Shown here: positions 56,157-64,000 of the stretch, in pieces
Position numbering within the stretch: the stretch's first letter is position 1
Layout of the letters: each line of letters begins with the position of its first letter
NCBI GenBank assembly: GCA_022647765.1
Contig: JALCLH010000001.1
Location: 227,480-291,479 of the forward strand
Source: Acidipropionibacterium sp.
GTDB lineage: Bacteria > Actinomycetota > Actinomycetes > Propionibacteriales > Propionibacteriaceae
Length of the DNA: 64,000 nt
Direction: 5' to 3'
Notes under the pieces: generated by a model
What the model saw: the letters and a program-made list of their open reading frames with translations, nothing else
Told to the model about the DNA's origin: nothing
Databases searched by the model: none
Made by a program: the position numbers and the translations under genes

Positions 56157-57314
56157 TCATCCGACAGGCACGCCCCACGGGGCCGCGGGCTTACCGACGA
56201 TCCGCTCGTAGCTCTCGGGATCGGTCGCACCTTCAGTGTTGATCAGAACCACGATGCTGTTCTCGTCGACGTCGAGGGTCGCGCGGGCCTGCTCATCGCG
56301 CTCGAGCTCAAGGAGCGCGGCCAGCCCCGCGCACCCGGTCTCGCCCGATTCCACGGGCTGCGCACCGCCGGTGGGGATGGAGAGCGAACGCATGGCTTCG
56401 TTGACGAGTTCGTCTCCGATTGCGGCGTAGCCCGCCACCGCAGGGTAGTTGATGCGCCACGCCGGCTGTGAGACCTCTCCCGCCGACATACCCACCATGC
56501 GCGTGGCGAGATCGCCTTCGATGACCTTGGCCTCGCCTTCGCGCGCTGACGCCTGAAGGCAAGCGGCCCGCTCCGGTTCGATGACCAAGAAGTCGGCGCT
56601 GGGTGCTGCCCTCATCATGTCGGGGAGAATCGCAGCGGCCATGCCACCGCATCCGGCCTGCATGAACACATGAGTGGGCGGAGCGATGGTAGCGAAGTCG
56701 TCGCCAAGCTCGCGGGCGAGGACTCCGTACCCCTGCATCACGTCGATGACAGACTGGTTCGTTTCGTCCTGGCGGCCCTCCGTGTCCGTGACGATGGTCC
56801 ACCCCTCATGCGCCGCGTGCGAAGCGTGCAGGCGCGTGACCTCGTCATAGTTCCCGTCGATGCGGTGCACGGTAGCGCCCTGTTCGGCGATCTTCTCAGC
56901 ACGCTCATCGCTCACGACCGTCGGCACGTAGATGATGCACTCCACTCCGAGCGCTTTCGCGCCCCAGGCCACCGACAGACCGTGGTTCCCGTCGGTGACG
57001 CAGCTGACCACGAAGGGCCCCTGCTTGCCGGCTTCTTGCCACCTCTGGTGAGCGCGCTGAACCGCGTATGCGCCACCTAGAGACTTGAAGCTGCGCAGGT
57101 GCGAGCGCAGCGACTCATCCTTGACGAACACCCGCCCCACACGCGCACGCTCTGCCAGATCCGGACGCTCAACGAACGGCGTACGGCGGTACTCCGGCCA
57201 CGCAGTGATGGTCTTCCAAGCGCGCTCACGCTCGTCGGCCGTCAGCAGCTCGGCTGCAGCGGCTAGAGCGGCTTCCCGGTCGGTGTGCGAGTTTGTGTAG
57301 ACGGTGAGAGTCAT
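56157..57314 (-). CDS. Diaminopropionate ammonia-lyase (PLP-dependent)
   Basis: KDES.R..L.SFK.LGG.YA, TDGNHG, MQGY, GETG and TEGATD motifs. Confidence 0.88.
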   Translation of the reverse strand: MTLTVYTNSHTDREAALAAAAELLTADERERAWKTITAWPEYRRTPFVERPDLAERARVGRVFVKDESLRSHLRSFKSLGGAYAVQRAHQRWQEAGKQGPFVVSCVTDGNHGLSVAWGAKALGVECIIYVPTVVSDERAEKIAEQGATVHRIDGNYDEVTRLHASHAAHEGWTIVTDTEGRQDETNQSVIDVMQGYGVLARELGDDFATIAPPTHVFMQAGCGGMAAAILPDMMRAAPSADFLVIEPERAACLQASAREGEAKVIEGDLATRMVGMSAGEVSQPAWRINYPAVAGYAAIGDELVNEAMRSLSIPTGGAQPVESGETGCAGLAALLELERDEQARATLDVDENSIVVLINTEGATDPESYERIVGKPAAPWGVPVG

Positions 57315-57472
57315 GGTGTCTTCCTTGTTCCGGAACTTGTGTGCCGGGCTCATTGGGCAGCATGGTTGCCGCAGCCACACGAATCATCCTCAACCTCTTC
57401 AACGTTCAAATAAAGCGAGCATTCGTGGCATCAATAGTGCAAATTTGCTTTACATTCGAGTATGCTGCCGGG

Positions 57473-58393
57473 ATGCCACGCCACTACGACCTGGACCGCA
57501 TGCGTCTCCTGCGAGAGCTGGCGCATCGAGGCACGATGACTGCGGTCGCGGACGCGCTGGCTTTCAGTCGATCCGCGGTCTCGCAGCAGCTCGCTCAACT
57601 CGAGCGGGAGGTGGGGGTGCCACTGCTCGAGAAGGACGGTCGGCGGGTGCGGCTGACCCCGGAAGGTCTTCTGGTGGCTGAGAGCGCCGACCGCATCGTC
57701 GCTGAACTGGAGGAGCTCCGGGCGCGCATCCGCTGCACACAGGGATCGGTGAGGGGCCGGCTGCGGGTCGCGTCCATGCAGACGGTGACGCTCGGACTGT
57801 TGCCTGACATCCTGTCCGTGATGCGGGCGTCTTACCCGGATCTCGAGATCGTCACCGTGCAGGCCGAACCTGATGTCGCACTGTCCGGGCTGCTCGTTGA
57901 GGACTTCGATCTGGTGATCACTGAGTCTTACCCGCAGTGGCCGGTCATCTACCCGCCGGGTGTCCACACGGAGAAAATCCAGACGGAGCGCATGCATGTC
58001 GCATCGATTGCTGACGGGGCTGGGGGTGCTCGGCGAGCAACACTGGCTGAGTTTTCCGAGTGCCGGTGGGCGATGGAACCGGAGGGCACTCCTGCGCGCG
58101 AGTGGGCGATGAACATGTGTCGCGCCGCAGGGTTCATTCCGATCATCGGGTTGGAGACCGCGGACATGGTTTCGCAGGCGCACTACGCAGCGCGGGGCGA
58201 GGTAGTCGCATTCCTGCCGGAGTTATTGTGGCGGGTGGTCGATTTGAAGGTCGAGTTGACTGATGTCGATCCTGACGCGTGCCGCGAACTCCACCTGACA
58301 ACTCGGATCGGCTCCGAGTTGGACCCTGCAATTTCCGCCTTCCGTGATCTGTTGCTCCACCCCGAGCGTGTCCGACATCAGTTCGGGCAGTAA
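57473..58393 (+). CDS. LysR family regulator
   Basis: SRSAVSQQLAQLERE HTH; divergent from the lyase gene. Confidence 0.93.
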   Translation: MPRHYDLDRMRLLRELAHRGTMTAVADALAFSRSAVSQQLAQLEREVGVPLLEKDGRRVRLTPEGLLVAESADRIVAELEELRARIRCTQGSVRGRLRVASMQTVTLGLLPDILSVMRASYPDLEIVTVQAEPDVALSGLLVEDFDLVITESYPQWPVIYPPGVHTEKIQTERMHVASIADGAGGARRATLAEFSECRWAMEPEGTPAREWAMNMCRAAGFIPIIGLETADMVSQAHYAARGEVVAFLPELLWRVVDLKVELTDVDPDACRELHLTTRIGSELDPAISAFRDLLLHPERVRHQFGQ

Positions 58394-58582
58394 GTCGAGC
58401 GGCCAACGACACCCGCGTCAGAACGACAACTGGCCCACGAAGTGGCTGATTTCCATGGCCACAAGACCCACGGCGAGCGAGCGGACGAGGGTGCGGAGGA
58501 AAGGCGCCCGATCACCGCGTTCACCGATCAGGGAAGTGCGAGTGAGCGACATCAGCACGGCGACAAGAATCACTCAGTCCAG

Positions 58583-59754
58583 TCACCTGTGACCCGCGGG
58601 CCCTTCCATACGACGAAAGCCCGAGGCGAGAAGGGCGAGGGCAAGAGTGAGCGGCAGCGCCGCCACGCCTGTGGTCAGGAAAATCGTCGTGTAGTGGCCT
58701 GCAGCGATGGCCGGTGCGGCAAGGCTGGTGAGGACTCCCGCACCGAGGAATACCGAGCAGGCGAAGAAGGCGACGGTGGTGGAGCGTGCGGCCTGGGCGA
58801 CCTCGGTCGCCCAGGACTGCAGGCCGGAGTGGAGGAGGGCGCTGGACAGTCCGACCAGTACTGATGCGACGATCACGGTGGGGATCGACAGGCGCAGACC
58901 GGCGGTGACGTAGGCGGTTGCGAGGATGAGGGCCCCCGCGATCATGATGGGCAGCCGAGGCAGATGGCGCATGAGCGCCTTGTTGATCTGGGACCCGACG
59001 ATCACCGCGACGCCGTAGCCGGCGGTGAGACTGCCGGCGAGCTGAGGGGCGACGCCAAGGGCTTCGATGGCGGGTGCGAGGTAGGTGGGGTGCCCAGGAG
59101 CAGACCTCCCTCGACGAAGCCGAGGCCGTAGAGGGCGAGAGGCCACGGTGCGAGCGCGACCCGGAAGGATGTCCGGATACCTCCGGTGCCGGCCCGTGGC
59201 GCGGCGTCATGTCCCTGGCGAAACAACGCCAGAAAGAGGCCCGCCGCTGCCAGGCCGGTGAACGCGACGACGATGCGCCAGTTCGTGGCCGTGGCGATGG
59301 CGCCGGCAACCAGAGTGGCCACTGTCGTTCCCAGAGCGGACGAGGCTTGCAGGTCGGAGATCGCCCGCCCACGCTCCGCGGGCGAGGTGGTGTCCGCGAT
59401 GAGGGTCAGGAGCAGCGGATACAGGCCTCCGACGCACAGCCCCATCGCGGTTCTCGCTGCGAAGATCAAAGGCAGCGTCGGGGCGAGGACTGTGGCGAGT
59501 GCGGTGAGAGCGGTCCCGGCCAGTGCCACGAGCAGCGCACGCCGGCGTCCCTGACGCTCTCCCAGAATTCCCCAGATCGGCTGGCCCAATCCGTAGGCGA
59601 TCCCGTAGGCGGCGATCATCGATGCGATCGCAGCGACCGATGTGCCTTCCTGGACGCTCATCAGAACCAGCATGGGCGACGCCGCGAACCGGTCGAAGAA
59701 GGACAGGAAGGCGATCCCGCGCAGCAGGCCCGCATGCGGAGACTTCAGACTCAT
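58583..59754 (-). CDS. MFS transporter, frameshifted near 59090
   Basis: G.LGERQGRR motif A; two ORF halves together give about 12 hydrophobic segments. Confidence 0.8.
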
Positions 59755-59825
59755 ACAGCTCAGCTTCTTCGCGCACTGGCCATGCGTCAAAGACCTAGAA
59801 GTACATTCAGATATGCTCTTGAGGC

Positions 59826-60698
59826 ATGGATGTTCGTGTGCTCGGTTACTTTCTCGCGGTGAGCGAGGAGGGTTCCTTCAGCGCGGCTGCCGCGCGGTGT
59901 GTGGTGGCTCAGCCCTCGCTGGGCAGGCAGATTGCCGGGCTGGAACGCGAACTGGGCGAACGCTTGTTCGTCCGGAGCCGAGACGGCGTCGCGCTGACGG
60001 AGGCGGGGGAGACCCTCGTCCCCTATGCGCGGGCAGCGCTGTCGGCGATCAGCCACGCCCATGACGCGTTCGCCGAACGTTCCGGGTTGTTGACGGGGAC
60101 TCTGAGGATCGGCGTGGTCGCCGGGGTCGCCAATACCGGGATTCCGGCCTGCGCGGCAGCGCTGCACCGCACCCATCTCGGGGTGCGGATCACGATGGTC
60201 GAGGGGGCCAGCCGCAGACTGATCGAGGCCGTCCGGACCCGGGAGCTCGACCTGGCCGTCGCCGTGAGCGAGGTCCGCCCGTTGCCCGAGGAGCTCGATG
60301 ACGTCACCGTGATGATGGACGAGGTGGTCGCGGTGGCTGCTCCGAACGGCTTTCCCGGAATGCCCGGAGTGTCGTGGTCCGACCTCGAAGGGCGTCCCAT
60401 CATCAGCTACACCCAGGAGTCCGCTCTGGCTGAGCTCATCGACGCCGCGCGGAAGGATCATCGGCTCGATCTGATGTGTGCGACCAACGATCCACTGCTG
60501 CATGTGGCTATGGCCCGGCAGGGCGCAGGGATCGCGCTGACAGCGGCCTCCATGCTGCCTCCCGCAGGTGACGACATCGATGTCAGGCACTTCGGTCCGC
60601 CCCTGATGTTCCGCAAACGCGTGATCTGGAGACGCGATGCCACTTCCAGCCCGCCGGTTCGCGCCTTCCTCAGCCAGATGACAGGGTCCGGCGCCTGA
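59826..60698 (+). CDS. LysR family regulator
   Basis: GSFSAAA...VAQPSL..QI..LE HTH. Confidence 0.93.
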   Translation: MDVRVLGYFLAVSEEGSFSAAAARCVVAQPSLGRQIAGLERELGERLFVRSRDGVALTEAGETLVPYARAALSAISHAHDAFAERSGLLTGTLRIGVVAGVANTGIPACAAALHRTHLGVRITMVEGASRRLIEAVRTRELDLAVAVSEVRPLPEELDDVTVMMDEVVAVAAPNGFPGMPGVSWSDLEGRPIISYTQESALAELIDAARKDHRLDLMCATNDPLLHVAMARQGAGIALTAASMLPPAGDDIDVRHFGPPLMFRKRVIWRRDATSSPPVRAFLSQMTGSGA

Positions 60699-61209
60699 AC
60701 CGGTAGTGGGTGCAGGCGAAATCGCGGTTGCGAGCCACGTCGATCAGGTCGAGCTGCGCCGCTCGGGTGAACAGCGGCTGGCCCGAACCCAGCATCACCG
60801 GGGCGAACTGCACCCAGATCTCATCGAGGAGACCGGCCTCGGCGAACTGCCCGGCCAGATCGCCTCCGCCCATCACCCAGATGTCCTTCCCGCCGGCGGA
60901 GGCGGCGATGTCGTCGATGATCTCGGCCGGTGCCCCCTGCACAAACCGCACATCGGCGCCGTCGGGGATCGGAAGGTCTCGATGAGTGAAGACCCAGGCG
61001 GGCTGCGCGTACTCCCATGAATCTTGATTGCGCAGCAGCCACTCGAAGGTGGATGAGCCCATGACCAGTGCGCCGATCCGCTGGATGAACACGGGGTACG
61101 CCATCGGTCCGTCGGCGTCGAAATCCTGCGCGAACAACCACTCCAGTGAGTGGTCGTCGGTCGCGATGAATCCGTCCAGCGACGACGCCGTGTAGAAATG
61201 CGTGACCAT
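60670..61209 (-). CDS. Dihydrofolate reductase/RibD C-terminal family protein
   Basis: SLDGFIA, MGSSTF, IWVMGGG and GLLDE motifs. Confidence 0.88.
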   Translation of the reverse strand: MVTHFYTASSLDGFIATDDHSLEWLFAQDFDADGPMAYPVFIQRIGALVMGSSTFEWLLRNQDSWEYAQPAWVFTHRDLPIPDGADVRFVQGAPAEIIDDIAASAGGKDIWVMGGGDLAGQFAEAGLLDEIWVQFAPVMLGSGQPLFTRAAQLDLIDVARNRDFACTHYRFRRRTLSSG

Positions 61210-61264
61210 ACACCGAGTCTAAAGGCGTCACGTCCTGCCGGGATGACGCCGATAGGCTGGCGAC

Positions 61265-61699
61265 ATGGCAATCCGTTTCGAGAACGTTGGAATCGCGGTG
61301 CGAGACATTGAAGAGGCCGTCGCGTTCTTCACCGACCTCGGCCTCACCATGGCCGGAAGAGACACGGTCAGCGGCGAGTGGGCGTCGACCGCAGTCGGGC
61401 TCGATGGCAACCACGCCAAGATCGCCGTGCTACGAACCCCGGACGGGCAGGGCCGGATCGAGTTGTTCGAGTACATTCATCCCGACGCCATCGAGACCGA
61501 ACCGACACTGCCGAACGAGATCGGCATGCACCGAATTTCATTCGAGGTTGACGACATTGACGAGGCGCTAGCTGTCGCGGCGAAGCACGGCTGTTATCCG
61601 CTGCGCGGCGTCGCCAACTATCAAGACATCTACAGACTCACCTACCTGCGCGGCCCCAGCGGCATCCTCGTCATGTTCGCCCAAGATCTCAGGAAGTAA
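61265..61699 (+). CDS. VOC/glyoxalase family protein
   Basis: NVGIAVRD, IELFEY and GPSGI motifs. Confidence 0.9.
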   Translation: MAIRFENVGIAVRDIEEAVAFFTDLGLTMAGRDTVSGEWASTAVGLDGNHAKIAVLRTPDGQGRIELFEYIHPDAIETEPTLPNEIGMHRISFEVDDIDEALAVAAKHGCYPLRGVANYQDIYRLTYLRGPSGILVMFAQDLRK

Positions 61700-61796
61700 T
61701 CATTCTGGGGCCAGCCTTCTCCGCGGCGTCCCACCCCGGTCTTGGGGCGGGATGCTCGCCTCCCGTCATTGTCGGCAGTCGGAGTGCTCTGGCTTC

Positions 61797-62018
61797 ATGG
61801 TTGATCAGACGCTTCTTACCCAGGCGAAGGGTCTCGACGTGGCCGAACGCGTCGAGCTGATCAACGAACTGTGGGCTTCTATCGACGCCGATACGCTTCC
61901 GGTGTCGTCGGCTGAAGCTGCTTTCATCGACCAGCGACTGGACGAGGCAGACGCCAAGCCCCTCGTAGGCCGGTCATGGGAGGCCGTCGAGGTGTCGCTG
62001 CGCGGCCGCATCCGGTGA
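61797..62018 (+). CDS. Putative addiction-module antitoxin component
   Basis: ERVELINELWASI..IDQRL..SWEAV pattern. Confidence 0.75.
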   Translation: MVDQTLLTQAKGLDVAERVELINELWASIDADTLPVSSAEAAFIDQRLDEADAKPLVGRSWEAVEVSLRGRIR

Positions 62019-62023
62019 GTTAT

Positions 62024-62203
62024 GGCGTCCGCTGAAGTTGATTGGATAGGGCATATAGCTTGGACCGCCAGAGTTCGGCTGCCACGATGGCCACCTTTCC
62101 GGTGCTTGCGTGGTGGCTGCGGGAGACGATCGACTTCTTTGCGAGCACTCGTGAGGTGCTTCGTTGAAATCGCTTGAACAGACTGGAGTCATCGGGTGTC
62201 TGA
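62024..62203 (+). pseudogene. Relic copy of the integrase tail, arm repeats and an internally deleted pglX C-terminal gene
   Basis: Aligns with 45191-45348 joined at GAACAGA to 46325 onward. Confidence 0.8.
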
Positions 62204-63453
62204 TCGTTTGAGATTCGATGGTGAAGGCCGGTTGAGCGCCCATGAAGGTAAGACGCTGGAGTTCAAGCGCGATCTGTCGTCGCCAACCAAGCCGCTTCGG
62301 ACGATCGTCGCGTTCGCGAACTCCGCGGGTGGGCGCCTGGTGATCGGTGTCAACGATGACGGCACTGTGGCCGGCGTCGCAGATCCTCTCGCCGAGGAGG
62401 AGCGCATCACAAGCCTGATCGCGGATCGCATCTCCCCGCAGCTGGTGCCCGCCATCGATCTTGTCACTCTTGGCGACTCAACGGTTCTGGTGGTGGATGT
62501 GCCGTTGAGCACTCGGCGTCCGCACTACATGGCGGATCAGGGATCTGAGGCCGGGGTCTATGTGCGGCTGGGGTCCTCGAGCCGGCAGGCCGATCCGGTA
62601 CTGGTAACAGAGCTGGAGCGCAACGCTCGAGGGGTCGCTTTCGAGGATCTGCCCGAGTCGCGCGCCAATCTCGACGATTTGGATCTGGCGGATCTGTCAG
62701 GCCTGCGAGGCCGTGAAACCGGCGTCGATGATCTTCTCGCTCTCGGACTTGCGATCAAGCAGGGTGGGGAGATCGTGCCGACGAATTCGGGGATTCTTGC
62801 TGCGTGCAACGATCCCACCCGGTTTCTACCTTCGGCATGGGTGCAGTGCGGCCGGCTGCGCGGTCTCAACGGAACAGACATCTTCGACCAGACGGAGATC
62901 TGTGGGCCAATACCTGGCCCGGGTCTTCCGCGAGGCCGGGATCATGGAGCAGTGGGGTACTGGGGTTCAGCGCGTCTTTGAGCAGATCGCTGAGGCTGGG
63001 CTGCCTGAGCTTCATGTAGAAGAGGTGATGGATCGGCTACGGTTCACCGTCTATGTGTCCTCACATGCTCCTGATGCTCGTCTTGGCGCCAATGACGAGC
63101 ATCAGGACAGCGCTCCGAGCGAGCAAGATGTGAGTAAGTCGCGTGAGCAAGCAGGCGTGCCAGGTGAGGATCAAGTGAGTATCAATGCGTATCAAGTGAG
63201 TATCAACCTGGCCTCGGGGACGTACGGCTTGCTGATGCTGCGGGCGGCGGTGGAGGAACCGGTGAGTCGTGATGCTCTCTTGGAGGGTGCTGGGCTCTCA
63301 ACTGCATATGGCAATTACACGCGTCACGTATTGCCGTTGATTGACGCCAGGCTCTTGGAGTTCACGCACCCAGAGAATCCCCGTCATCGTGGGCAGCGCT
63401 ACCGATTGACAGATCTTGGTCGGCGGGTGCTGGCAGAACACGACGATGAATGA
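62196..63453 (+). pseudogene. AlbA_2/HATPase/wHTH ATP-binding protein with a frame break and probable internal deletion near 62910
   Basis: EFKRD/FANSAGG N-terminus; MEQWGTG and P....QRYRLT C-terminus in another frame. Confidence 0.75.
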
Positions 63454-63520
63454 GTCCAGTTGCCTCGGTTCTCCGGCGTCTCGAAGCTGGACTGAGCTGA
63501 CAGGCAGAACCTGGATGCGA

Positions 63521-64000
63521 TCAGCCGACAGATCCCTCGCTCGTCCGCCGCCGGGTCAGGAGCGTCCCGGCGAACAGAACGGCGGCCAGCGCCAGCACGA
63601 AGATGGTGAACGCCGCCACCGAGACGCGCAGCGGCACGCCGCCGAGAGAGGCGAAGCCGATCCCCAGCACCGGCAGCGCCATCCCGAGGTAGGCCCCGAC
63701 GAACACTCCGGCGGCGGCCTCTCCCCGCGCGTCCGGCGGCGCGAGCTGCTGGCCGCGGGCCAGCGCTCCCCGGAAGGCGGCTCCGCCTCCGGCGCCGCCG
63801 ATGATCCCGCCGAGGGCGAACCAGACCGCGCTGAGCTCAAGGACGCCGGCGAGCATCAGCACGACTCCGAGGCCGATGGCGGGCAGCCCGGTCACGATGA
63901 GCCGCTCGGCGGACATCGAGCGCAGCATGATCTGCGTCGCGGCTGAGGCGATCAGCACGCAGGCCACCAATAGTCCCTGCCAGAAGCGCGACTGGACGCC
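63521..64000 (-). CDS. MFS transporter C-terminal part (5' end outside window)
   Basis: Hydrophobic helices, P..RGEA..AYLG..LPV.G.G. Confidence 0.75.
   Translation of the reverse strand, partial: GVQSRFWQGLLVACVLIASAATQIMLRSMSAERLIVTGLPAIGLGVVLMLAGVLELSAVWFALGGIIGGAGGGAAFRGALARGQQLAPPDARGEAAAGVFVGAYLGMALPVLGIGFASLGGVPLRVSVAAFTIFVLALAAVLFAGTLLTRRRTSEGSVG

Larger units (their letters stand above)
34174..64000. mobile_element. Defence/accessory genomic island 3' of tRNA-Ala; right end not seen
   Basis: Visible drop in GC and codon bias right after the tRNA; BREX, integrase, RM and TA remnants. Confidence 0.7.

Noticed and set aside
61770-61790. TGTCGG motif before the addiction-module gene as a PafBC promoter
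   Set aside because: No TAnnnT at the required spacing.
63170-63206. ATCAAGTGAGTATCAA duplication
   Set aside because: Encodes QVSIN low-complexity linker repeats within the coding remnant.

Overview
High-GC actinobacterial chromosome segment; gene order suggests Propionibacteriaceae (inference). Positions 1-33.9 kb are housekeeping genes: rpsA, coaE, uvrB/A/C, rapZ-yvcK-whiA, gap-pgk-tpiA-secG, rbpA, folC, ndk, rne, rplU-rpmA, obgE, proBA, nadD and rsfS. Several carry single-base frameshifts that look like long-read errors. Two tandem tRNA-Ala(GGC) genes are followed by a lower-GC defence/accessory island running to the window end. The island carries a type 1 BREX locus (brxA-brxB-brxC-rhuM-pglX-pglZ-brxL) with an unusual pglX. 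Its target-recognition region is a 2.3 kb cassette holding two head-to-head specificity modules, linked by four nested inverted repeats (13, 36, 188 and 32 bp). A phage-type tyrosine recombinase flanked by paired arm-like repeats follows it, and the PglX C-terminus is a separate ORF with its own RBS. A decayed second copy of the integrase-tail/pglX-C/AlbA module at about 62 kb supports the split architecture being inherited rather than accidental. The rest of the island is a type III RM remnant, eroded toxin-antitoxin modules and small regulator/enzyme pairs.
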